Shown here in pieces: positions 10,195 to 23,349 of a DNA stretch of 64,000 nt; the stretch's first letter is position 1; each line of letters starts with the position of its first letter. The notes beneath the pieces were generated by a model. It worked only from the letters and a program-made list of their open reading frames with translations. It did not search any database and was not told the origin of the DNA. Both the position numbers and the translations under genes were made by a program. Source of the DNA: Zancudomyces culisetae HAW-14-8 (Eukaryota; Fungi; Kickxellomycota); NCBI GenBank assembly GCA_052426225.1, contig JBNJNM010000012.1, forward strand, positions 868,001-932,000, read 5' to 3'.

Positions 10195-10200
10195 TTTTTT
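10195..10200 (+). terminator. RNA polymerase III T6 terminator
   Basis: TTTTTT 2 nt after tRNA-Val, followed by further T-runs; none between the two tRNAs. Confidence 0.85.
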
Positions 10201-12455
10201 CATATTCTCAATACTTTTTGTTGCTTTTTTAGTTTTTGCTTTTTTTCTGTTCTTTCTTTCCCTTTCTACTCTTTTTTGCCCATTGTTATTATTGTACTTT
10301 ATTGTTTTATTTTAATTTATTAATTTAATTTATTACAATATTAAACATTTTCGAATGCATAGAGCTTATTCATGTATCCGTTTTGACCCTTAAATTAAAC
10401 GCTAGCCCGAATCATGGTTGATGAGATTACCAGGGCCTCATCTTTATAATTTGGTAATTATCATATTGCATCAATTATTCTAACAGTTTTGGATTGGCTC
10501 TATAAATAGAAATGCCTATCAAACTCCTAGCCCTACACTCCCCTCTACCTTATTCACTCATCCTTGTTTAACTTTCTATATTTTTAGATTCTCTCGTCTA
10601 AGCGTATCAAAACCCTCAACGCGGTATCCATTTTCTTTTACATTTACACTCACCCACTATATTTTGATCGAACCTGACAGGCCACTAAACAGTTGAACAT
10701 TTTTAGCCACAACAATCTCTCATTCAACTAGCACTATAGCTCCCTGAGCTGCAATTAGTCTACTAGCCCAGTATTTCACACTCATACTTGCTTTTCTTTT
10801 CGTTTTTATATGCTGATTAATTGCCTCAGATTTGAACACCAGATCAAGGGTGGTAAAGTGGACCTCCGGTGAAAGCAACATCGCAGAAAAAACCTTAAAC
10901 AACCAGCTGAGCGAACCCAGACCGGCTACCTAAACTTTCCTCTGGCTCTTGCTAAAACAGAGCCTTAATGGCGGTCACTCTTCATCGTGCAATTAATTGG
11001 TAAGGTTTCCACAATTGCGGTCCAGCATCTAATATTTTGAATTTGTCAATTTAAGTCTAGTTATGGGGTTTAATTTTAATTACTTGCCAAAATTTTTTGG
11101 ATTTGCTGCTTTTAGTTTTCAATTTTTTTATCCAATTTCATTGTATAATTAGCTGTGTCAAAATTAAACAGTTCATTAGCTGTTAATAGGAAGATTGTTA
11201 CACTTGGACAAGTTCACAAAGCTCGCTACCTATTTTGTCTTTTTTTTTCTTGCTCATACTGAAATCAGGAATATACCGTGTAAGACGAGTCTGCGTCTTT
11301 TTTTTTAGGGAGGTCCAAAAATGTACAACCACCTCTGATAGGATATCAACACATCAGAAATACAAAACTAGTTGGACCACCGGAGTTAGTGACCTTTTAC
11401 TTTTAATGCCTTTTGCTATTTATTTTGCGTTTCACATATTCGCACACAAAGATACATATATGTATATATTAAAATTTCATTCCGTATCACCTGGCTTGTT
11501 CTACCATTGATTAAAGGCGATTTACTACATCAACCACCATAATTGCGTTAATAGCTTAGCAGTTTATTCTTCTCAAATGCTTCATTATTTCATTTCCTTT
11601 GAAAGCGCAACAATAATGCTTTTTTTGTCAGCCCAAATCCATCACTTTAGCGATACTTGAAACTCTTTTAACAAAAAAAGGCTCAGCTTTCTCTGTATTA
11701 GAAAATAAATTGTCTGAAATACATATTTCACATGCTAATTGGTCTTGCTAATATGTATTGCGCTTTATCCTAATAGGCATTTTCAATTGCAATTTGGAAA
11801 ACTAATAAATGAATGCTGCTGATTTGTTTAACCATATTACATAATATCACAACTAAAAAAATAAATAAAAACGAATTTTGCGTAATTGGACAACAAATTG
11901 GATGCACCCCGCCCAGCTTTAGGAAAACACCAAACATTTTCATAATTGCAAAGTATTTACAGCCACTTGGTGAATCATTTGTGTTCAAAATATGGCGCCT
12001 CTCTAGATTCCAAAAAATTATGGTTATAAAAATAGAGATGAGGTGTAATTTTGGAAACAAACAAAGGAAAAAATGGCCGGAAGCATCATTTCCGCAATTT
12101 GTGTTGAGGAAATATAATAGAAGAGTTTGAAAAAATCCGAAAACATATTAGAATTCAAGTTGGTTTTCGCATAAAATCGCACAATTTATAATTTACTGTG
12201 TCTATTTTTGTGATTGCAGTGTATTTTTTTTGATGTGATGAAAACGCTAGTAATAAAAGGTCAATTGGCAAAAGAATATAGACAATAGAAACCAACTCAA
12301 ATCATAATAAATATAGTGGTGATAGCAGAGAAAAGGGTGTTTAAATCTAAATTAATATCAGCATATACTTTACTACGGCTTTAATACACTCCACTTTCAC
12401 TTGTGAATATTCAAACACAAACGCAAAAATCAAGAATTCAACATATAGTATTTCA

Positions 12456-15400
12456 ATGGCCAGTTTTACACAAAACGGTGTAAAGAAAGGTGCAAAGATG
12501 TGGGTGGAAATATTTGATCCACACTCGAATTCAGTATTATATATCAACCCCGAAGACGGCGATTGTAGGCAGACTCGGCCAACAAATGAATTGGTGTAAG
12601 TTTCTTGATATCTCTATTTACTCTAAAATGCGTTATGGTAAATATTTAGTAAGAGATAAGTTGAATCTTTTGGATAGGCGGGAAAAGGATCCCAATGGGG
12701 AATGGTGGGAGTTGGTAGACGAAGAAAGCGGCGATTTGTACTATTACAACCCATATTTGAAATTGACAGAGTGGGAAGCTCCAAAAGACTCGATAATTAT
12801 ATGCGCCGAGGAATTTCTGGTATGTACTCCTTTTCTTTGAATTCTGAGCCTCTATAACCTTTTTTTAAAAAATAATATTATAGAATCCAGGAAAAAGCTC
12901 AGGAAAAAGTGCGAAAAAAGTAATAATTTTGCCAAATTCGGACAATAGGGTATCAAAAGAAGGTAAAAAGCTAATTATTATTTTAAGATTGCCCGGGTAG
13001 TACTAGTTTTATTAGATATTAGCAGGAAGGGCAATATTTTTCTGCATTTTAACCAAGATACCTTGGCACAAATAGTCAAAAACGCGAAGGAAGCCTTGTT
13101 CGAAGTTATCAAGTCGCCACTGCGCTCAAGCTATTTGGTAGGCGAAGTGATGCTGGGTTCTAGCACATCGCAAGACACACATGAAAAGAAGGATCGGCCT
13201 CTTTCATCGGATAAAACCACATCAGACAGCTTCAGAGTCTCGACACAATCTATCGCCTTGGAGATTTTTAAAAACGATTTAGAGAGTCGGGCGAGCGATT
13301 GTGATGATGTATCGGTTTCTGACGAGAAAAGCTTTCTTCTTGGGTGGGAAGATTACTTGAACAGAGGGATGGTTGCCTCAGAGGAAGCCATCTGTAATGC
13401 ACCAAACCAAATAGATGACACAAAAAGCAAAGCCGAGTTGACCAACTCGAACCTGGAAATTTCGAAGGATATCATGTTTGATGATATAAATGAGGACCTT
13501 GAAAACATTTTAAAGCTAGATTCACAGCTTATAATGGGCTCCCAGGGGAACTTTGATAACCTGTGTCAAAATAGTGATGTGGATACTCTAAAAATGGAAC
13601 ATTACAGACCGTCTACAGAGAGCCACAACAAAGGTAAGCTATGTTTTAGTTTACATTTTTTTATTAATATCATTTTTTTTCTTATACCAGATTTACAAAA
13701 ATACAGACCAATTTTTTTTTGCTAAAATTATAAACATGTAATAGTTAAACCTCCAAGTCTCAAAATAACTACCAAGAAACAACATAAACCTGAAGAGGAT
13801 GAGGACGCTGCTAGCAGCGTGTATTCCCTAGAGCAGCCGAAAAAAAAACTCGAATCTTTAGCTGTATGTGTTTAAAATGGCTTTTCTTTATTTAAAACAC
13901 ACGTGTTCATAAGTACTCTATTAAAATTGGAGTTTACGCAAATCCATGATTCATTTTTTACAATATTGCATAAACTATTACTACATTTAGGAATTCTTAA
14001 AATCGGGAAAATTGGATGAAGTACTTGGTACCGAAAGCAGTAAGAATATGAAAAAATTATACAAACTCTTTTTTTTTATGCCTAGCCCTTTTTTTGAATG
14101 TGTAACATAACATTATAAACTAAAGAAAAGAGTGGGCTTAGCTGGAATTGACAAAAGTTAGTGTTACAAAATATCTCTGAATTAATGTTAATCTTAAAAT
14201 TAAATAGAAACAAAGATGGTAGAAAAACAAAATAGAAAAGACCATATTGATTCGGGGCTCGTTATTGAGGATGAATCCAGCTACTTTAACTATTTCAACT
14301 TTGCATCTAGATACTTTGTGGAACAAAAGGGTGGGCTTTTCAGGAGAAGACTTTCAAAAGAACAACAGTTCAGCTTTACCACTGATGCAATTAGCTACCC
14401 ATTAACAGATATCCCAAAACCCAGATATAAGCATGCGTTGAACTCATTTATTGTGATTCAGCAAATAATGGGCGATAGACCCTCACAAGACATGGTCTCG
14501 TATACAGCCAATATCCAATTTATGATTAAATTGGGATTGAAGTATCGGGACCTGCACAATGAGATGTACTGCCAGCTCTGTAAGCAATTAGTGAGAAATA
14601 GAAATTGGAAAAGTTTACGCAAAGGGTGGCTGATAATGGCTGTTATTGCGAGCGTATTTGTCCCTAACGATGTTTTTTTCAAGGACCTCATTACATTTTT
14701 GTCTGATCAGTCACAAAGGTTTAAGGAACATTCCAGTCTTTCGCCAATTTACAGGCAGCTGCGGACCATAATTGTTTATACCCATGCCAAGCTTTTAAAT
14801 ACAAAGAAATTCGGCGGCAGATCCTCACCCTACACTATTACAGAGCTAGAGTATGCTCTTAAAGCACCTATGAGGATCCCGTTGTTCGGTGTTACCCTTG
14901 ATGACATTATGAAGGTACCGGCATATGTAGATTCAAAATTCAACATTCCTTTTCTGCTACGGTTTCTGATAGATAGAATAATTGAGCTGAAAGGCTTAGA
15001 AACTGAGGGGATTTTTAGGATTCCTGGGTATAAAGACTTGGTAATAACTTTGGTAAGTTGATTATCTCTCGTTATTTAATTAAGCACCAGTAAAATATGT
15101 AACGTGATGTTTTATTATGTGAGGACATTAACTGAGCAAAGTTTAATGTAGTTGTATTACTTTATATGTAGCGAATGATGCTAGAAGCTGGCGAATCTGA
15201 CTTTGTGTATTTGGATGATGTGAATGTATACGCATCCCTGTTAAAAGAGTGGTTAAGAGAGCTTCTGCTACCACTAATTCCGATAAATCATTATCTAGAC
15301 TGCATACAAAATTCATCAAATGTAGAGATGGCACACCGGATAATATCACAACTTTCTCCTCTGCATTATCGTACTACAAAATACCTGTTGGATTTTTTAA

Positions 15401-15576
15401 GTCTAATGACAAAGCCCGAAATCTCTTCAAAAACAAAGATGAATGCCAGTAACTTGGCATTGGTATTTTCACCCTGTTTCTTGCGCCCTCCTACAACTGA
15501 CATTAAACTAAACTTTGCCAATGCGCCCAAGGAGCAAGAGTTCATTGCCACCCTTCTGTTGAATCCGCCCAAATGA
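12456..15576 (+). CDS. ARHGAP39: WW-MyTH4-RhoGAP protein, ARHGAP39/Vilse-like, multi-exon
   Basis: WW-like WVEIFDP...YINPEDG and WWELVDEESGDLYYYNP...EWEAP; MyTH4 IQQIMGDR, NEMYCQLCKQL, KGWLIM; RhoGAP EGIFRIPG, ASLLKEWLREL, KMNASNLALVFSPCFL. Internal exon borders are partly approximate. Confidence 0.88.
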
Positions 15577-16328
15577 ATCTTTTTAGACAATTTTCATTTT
15601 AATGTTAATTTTGACTTTAATTATATATAATCTACAAATGTACAACAAATAATGATAAATATAGAACCATCTCTTTTTTTTTTATAATCAATATTCATCA
15701 TTTCCAAACAGAGAGTTTGTGCTAATTTACACCTCACAATGGTTGACAACATTCATGATACTGGGTGTATGGAAATAGTTAACATTTTTACAAGTAGGGT
15801 TTGCACCTAGGAACAGCCTTATAGAATTGCACAACCTTTTGCTCAAGCTGTATTAAAGATGATAAAAAATGGTATTTCTGAAGTGGTGTTATTCCTCAGT
15901 AAAAACAAAACCAGACTGGTAAAAGAAAAAAGACATCTCATTACTTTTTGAATGTTAACAGTAAACCAACATGTTTATTTGAAATAAACGTGAACATTGC
16001 CAAAGCTGAAGCCAGGACCAATAAACCAGCCTGTTGATTTTGTATCTGGCGAACTATAATCCTGGGTTTTGCGGAATACGAATGATGTTTGACAACTAAA
16101 TTCGTTTACAATCACGGCAAACCTTACCCACACACAATATTTGCTTGCTTGCTTTTTATTTTAATTTCTGTTGGGTATCTGGTAGCAATAGGCTTAAATA
16201 AACGAATTAATTCGATAATAATTGAATAAAAGGAATAGTTTCACACTGTGTGGAAGATGTTTGCTGTGCATATATATCCATCAAGCACTATTTTTTTTCT
16301 GGGCCTTTGTCTTTTGTTTTCAGAATTA

Positions 16329-17307
16329 ATGCCAAGAAATAAAGTATTAATAGAAGGTTATGATTCCCAAACCTCAATGAAAAGTCAGGAAAACGTTAGA
16401 ACCGGTTAACTTCCTCTTTATAATACAGAAAACGCCCAGCAAACAACGACAAGCAATAGTATATCCCAAGAAATAGTATATGGTATAGATGAGAAAGACA
16501 TCTACGATACTTACAAAATGTTTGATGGAACAGTCGGCTCTAACCAGGAAATCTCTATAAACGAGAAAATCCAATCATACCTTAATCCAATGTCATCAAT
16601 ACAGGCGCCATCACATAACCGCCTTCGAATATTTTCATATGTGCTGTACTTGGTAACGCTTGGAATAAGCATTTGGGTACTTGTAACTGCGGTAAACTTT
16701 GATAGTATGCCTCACAGCTTATTCTACATTATTCTTGCGGTGTCCATCGTGATATTGCTATGTTCATTCTATGTACACCAATTTCTCTATGTCAAGGCAA
16801 TAAAAAAGAGTGAGTATTACATCCTATATCGGTCTACATGTCGTAGAAAAGACATGTTTGTCCAGGGGTTTGAGCTGGATGTACTGTTGTACGAATTTTT
16901 GTGCTGGCTGAATGTATCCACTTTGATTACCTCGCTATGGGTGATTTTTTTCAAAAAAATTTTATAGGTTATGATTAATTTAGTTGAAACTTTCAAGTAT
17001 ATATAAAAATATATTATCCGTGAACTTTGTTAAATGCGGCGCTTGTTTTAGTGTACAGGCTCTAGTAAATATAACGGTAAACAGAAGTCCATCTAATACT
17101 ATTGATAATAGGACCCATGTATATGGAGCAATTGCACATTTGTACATTTCAAGCGGGTTGGCCTGCATGCAACCAACATTTTGTAATGTATGTGATGTAT
17201 GATTTTGGCTGCAACAGCTCTCCGCTAAGCTGATGGTAAACCTGTCTAAAAAGTTCAGGAAAACTCGGCACTTGGCGAAATGGGTGCGCGAGGAAAGAAA
17301 AGGATAA
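16329..17307 (+). other. Unidentified multi-pass membrane protein gene or pseudogene
   Basis: ATG 16329 is in frame with ORF 16518-16967 if a 72-nt GTTATG..CAG intron (16357-16428) removes a TAA. There are two to three hydrophobic segments. Downstream frames are broken by stops. Confidence 0.35.
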
Positions 17308-18143
17308 TTTCACGCCCAACGGGATGTTTCTATGATTTTCGTGATTGAAACACATTTTTTGTACCCGAATTCTTTTATATTACATTACGTTTTTTTTTGT
17401 TGAGAAACAAAAAAATAACACAGAATTGCGCTGGTAAAGCAATGAGCACGGATAAATTGCGAGGAATAGGCAAATTAAAGGTGATGGAATAGCGAAAAAG
17501 TCCGCCTTAAGCATATCACCATCAACAGTAGTTTTGTGTTTGTGTGAGTTTGCGTGTATGTTTTTCGATTCTTGGCAAAAATAAAAGCAAAAAAACGTTG
17601 AATTAGTAATACAATTTGCCAGTATGAATAGACACAAAAGCAAAAACAGACAAACACAAATATATGATCCGTTGAGTAAATTTGTTCAACTTATTGCATG
17701 TCGGTTTATGCATGATTTTATGAGTTTTATTTGATTACCCGTGGACCCATGACCTATATTTCATCACACATATTACATATTACATGTTTCTTTTTCTTTC
17801 TCCCTTTTGGTTAAATTTAGCGGTTTCATTAAAAAAAAGGCAAATATTATATTTGTTTTAGATGAAAGGGGAAGGGGGGGGGGGGAGGAACTGTGTTTTA
17901 ATAACTATACATTCTTTTATTTAAACGGATTTCCTATCCTTCATTAGCCAATATTTTATACAACTAGTATAACTCTAAAAAAAATAAAATACAAAATATT
18001 AGTGAGAAAACGCATCTTACCATACTCATAACTATTTGGCTAAACAACAAAGGCTCAAGTGTAAATATACTGGTAGATAAATATCTTTCTCCTGTAGGTA
18101 AAAATATAATACAACTGTATTAATAAAGTTTGAGTGAATCTAA

Positions 18144-19587
<1,444 letters not shown>

Positions 19588-20067
19588 AACCTAGTTGATG
19601 GGTTTATAAAGCTATTATTGATTCACTTGATTATTGCTTTGTTATTTAGTTTTCTTACGAGTAAAAAGTAGTTGTAGTTGTGAGGTAGATGTAGTTTTAT
19701 TAGTAATAGTAATTGGGTATACAATAAATATTATTCATGTGATATAAAACGTCGCTCATGCTATTAATTGCACTAATTTTTAATATATTTTTGACTGTAG
19801 AGGATAAATTAGTTAATATATTAGTGCTGGTGGTGTTTATTAGGTTTGCATGATAATCTTTTAGCAAAGTGTTAAATTACCAAGCATAATAATTTGGATC
19901 AGTTAGTAATTGAAAAAATGTGTAAAAATAGTTACAAAACTAATTGTAAACAAAAAAAAAAAAAAAAGTAAAATTTTTTTTAATACACGAAAAACACAAT
20001 TTGAAATACAAAATTAGTAAAAATAAAAGGATAGAATATTAAAAGTAAATCAAGTAGAAACGGAATA

Positions 20068-23000
20068 ATGATATTACAGAATAGACAACACGGAGGAGAA
20101 AAGGGAAAGGAAAATGGCCAGGAACCAACATTTTCCAAACTTTTAAGAGAATCCAAACGTGTTGGTTCACAGGTAGATTCAGGCCCTGGGATAGTAGGAG
20201 GAATGGAACTGGGAATGAAAATGGGCGCAGGAATGGGAATAGGGCTCCCAAAAGTAGAACGTAACCTGGATGCGCTAGGTCAGGAGACTCGTAAATTGGC
20301 AACCAGATCAGTTGCAGAAACGGGACCAATGGATAGCAGAACGTAAGCTTTTAATTTGCATCATGATATATTTTGTTTTTTCTTATTGCATGAAGCAATG
20401 TATTGTACAGTTAGCAATGTATACAAGAAATATCATTATATATATATATATATTTAAAAAAAACTGAATAATTATTTATATAGACAAGCTTTTTTCGAGG
20501 AAGGAGGAGTGGATGCTAAAAAACTATTCCAAAAAGTACACACAATTAATATCGAAAAGGCATTTGAGGACACGGCGAGTGGGATGGTCGTGGATTCAAT
20601 GGTGGCGGAGAGCAATGTAGAAAGATATTTACGAGGGTATGAGGAATTCAGTGTGCTTCGCGCTATAGAAAACAGTCAGAATAAGGTGCTTGAAGAGCTG
20701 GAGGATAAATTTCGAGCAGCTTCGCAAATAGATTGGGAACAAACCAAGCAGAAACTGTTGGAGGGACAAGGAATCGGATTTGGGCAGGAAAAAGCGGGTG
20801 CGAGAATGGTGGAACGACTTGTAAAGGCCATGGAAGTAAATGAAGAGAGAAGCAGGGAAAGTAGCAAGTTTGTAGGTGTGGGTGTGGAGGGGGAGGCAGA
20901 GAACAAGGTGGGAGAGTATGGACAAATCATAAAAAGAGTCAATATTGCCAGAGTAAAAGAAACTAGGGACAGAATTGTAAGCGGTAGTGGGCGAGTAGAT
21001 CTCAAACTCATCGAGTTGCTAAGGGAGGTGGCAAGCAAAGGAGAAACCGAAAGGTACAGTCAACACCTGAAGGAGTGCTACGAGATGGTTGAAAGGTTTT
21101 CGACTGTTAGTAAGGAAATCAAGGAGTCAAAGGGGGGAAAAGGAGATAAACGAGGGGGAAAGGAGTATAGACAGGCAATGGTCAATAAGACAAGAGAGTA
21201 TCTGGAAAGATTGTATCTGGAGCATATTGAGCGGGTAATAGAAAAATATCCAAGAGAAGCAGCTGTGGGGGGAGTGCCATCGATCTACAACAAGATCAAA
21301 GGATATTTACAAGTTAAATTCCGACGGTCTCAGGCAATACCGGAGTTTCTGGAGGTTTATGAGGGTGAAGCAGTATGGGCAAATATGTATTATTTGTTGC
21401 GGTGCGGGAAGGTGCGAGAGATGTTGGAATATGCGATAGGACTGGCTGATGTGGTGGCTGATAGTGATCCCGAGTTTTTGAGGTATTTGCGAAGCTATGT
21501 GGAGAGTGAAACCGGAGAAAGCGGTGGAGTTAGAGCAGTATCGGCAGTGGAAAGGGAGAAGATTGCAGCGGCGGTCAACATGATGCGAATGTCGTCGGTT
21601 GGCTTGATAGATCCGTACAAATATATTATATACAAAATCATAGGGCGCAGTGATTTGGGACGCAAAACAGTTCCAGAGGTAATTACTAGCACCGAAGATT
21701 ACCTGTGGCTACAGCTGCAACTGACGAGAGAGATAGAGGGTGATGGTAAAGAGGGTGGAAGAATGGAATTGGGGATGGAGAAGTATACGCTGGGCGACCT
21801 ACAGGCCATGATAACAAAGTTTGGAGATCGGCATTTTGATCCAAGCGGACAGAATCCACTGGTGTATTTCAAAATTTTGATAATGACACAGCAGTTTGAA
21901 AAAGGGATTTCATATTTGCTACAACAGCGTGAGCGAGATACTCAGGATTATTATCTAGTGGATGCAGTGCATTTTGCGATCATACTGGGATACAACGGAC
22001 TGTTGAACATTGCACAAGACGAATACAACTATGGTCACAACTATGAGTACTTTTTGGAATCGGAATTGGACTACTACCTTGTTGGCAAGAGCAAAGTTGA
22101 CGAGCCAAAGTGTGTAAAACTGAACTTCAACAAGTTGATATTGGATTATGCCATGGCACTTCACAGATTCTATGAAAACAAAGCAAAAATGGATAAAAAA
22201 TTCAACCACGTACATTCGGTTGGATTGGGTGCAAACGACTACACACCAATGATGGGACCTGTGGCAACGGAATTGACAATGCACTACATTTTATTACTTT
22301 CACTACCAAGTTTAACTGATAATAATACCAAAGAGGCCCAGACACAACAGCAACAACTGGATGTTTGCATCAGAGCAATCAACAAGTATTTATATGAATC
22401 ATCTGATTTCCAATATTATCAATACTATTTAGGGGATATTCTAAAAGATGGAACCCAACAGAAAGGATTGCTACAACGATACCGGCAACTATTAGGTCTA
22501 AGCAATAAGGAGCAGTTTGATGCAGCAATCACACAGAGGTTGGCAAGTAAGAATATAGAAGAAGGCAAATTGACAGAAGGCATTATGTTATACAATCTAA
22601 GCGAGCAGTACGAAACAGTGCTTCACATTCTGACCAACAAACTGGGCAATGAGTTGTATAGAATGTTGTCAGCTCAACACAACGAAGGTATGGCTTCAGC
22701 CCAGGATTACAACAGCACACAGTTCCAGCTAATGTGCAAATCTCCACAATATCTGGAATACTACGAATTGACACAAACCGTGCTTCAGTACTACTTTAAA
22801 TCTTCCATCGACAAGACCTTCAAACAACCTGCGACTGTCCTCAGTGGCCTGCTGTTGCTAGTAGAGTTTGCTCGCTTTGTGTCTGCGTATTCTGGCGGAA
22901 ACTACGAACAAGGCTTGGAAATCATTGCTGGCTGTTCAATTCTACCAACCTTTTCGTCTACTACAAATCTAGCCAGTGCCCCTGATACCATCAGAATCAG

Positions 23001-23229
23001 CTCAATGGCCGACTCTCTGGTTCGCACCTACGACGATTATGTTTTGCGGCTTGTTCCACACATCATGCTTCTAACTATGCGATGTCTAGTTAGCTTGTAT
23101 GCTCGCTATAAATCGCCACAGCTTAAAACCATGGCAAACAACCTGGTGGTTTTCAGTGGCCTCAGTCAGCTCAAAATGAACAGCTCGGTGTTTGCTGAGC
23201 TTGGTCGCATGAACTCTTTACTATTATAA
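20068..23229 (+). CDS. NIC96: Nucleoporin Nic96/Nup93
   Basis: LPKVERNLDAL, DWEQTKQKLL, VWANMYYLLRCG, DPYKYIIYKIIGR, TEDYLWLQL, VDAVHFAIIL; intron 20343-20483. Start codon uncertain. Confidence 0.93.
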
Positions 23230-23349
23230 TACCCAAAGTATCCGCTTTTCTTTTGCTTTTGCTTTTTATTTTGCTTTTTTTTCTTCTTTTTCTTTCTATT
23301 TATTTATTTATTTATTTCGTACATTCTATATTTCACGTTTTCCTGCTGT

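Noticed and set aside
10624-10633. GTATCCATTT as a U12-type donor
   Set aside because: It departs from GTATCCTTT, lacks a U12 branch site and is not in a recognised gene.
17868-17888. G/C homopolymer runs here and at ~34284, 34556, 37929 and 45001 as functional G-quadruplexes
   Set aside because: Simple runs with no consistent position relative to genes; no support beyond composition.
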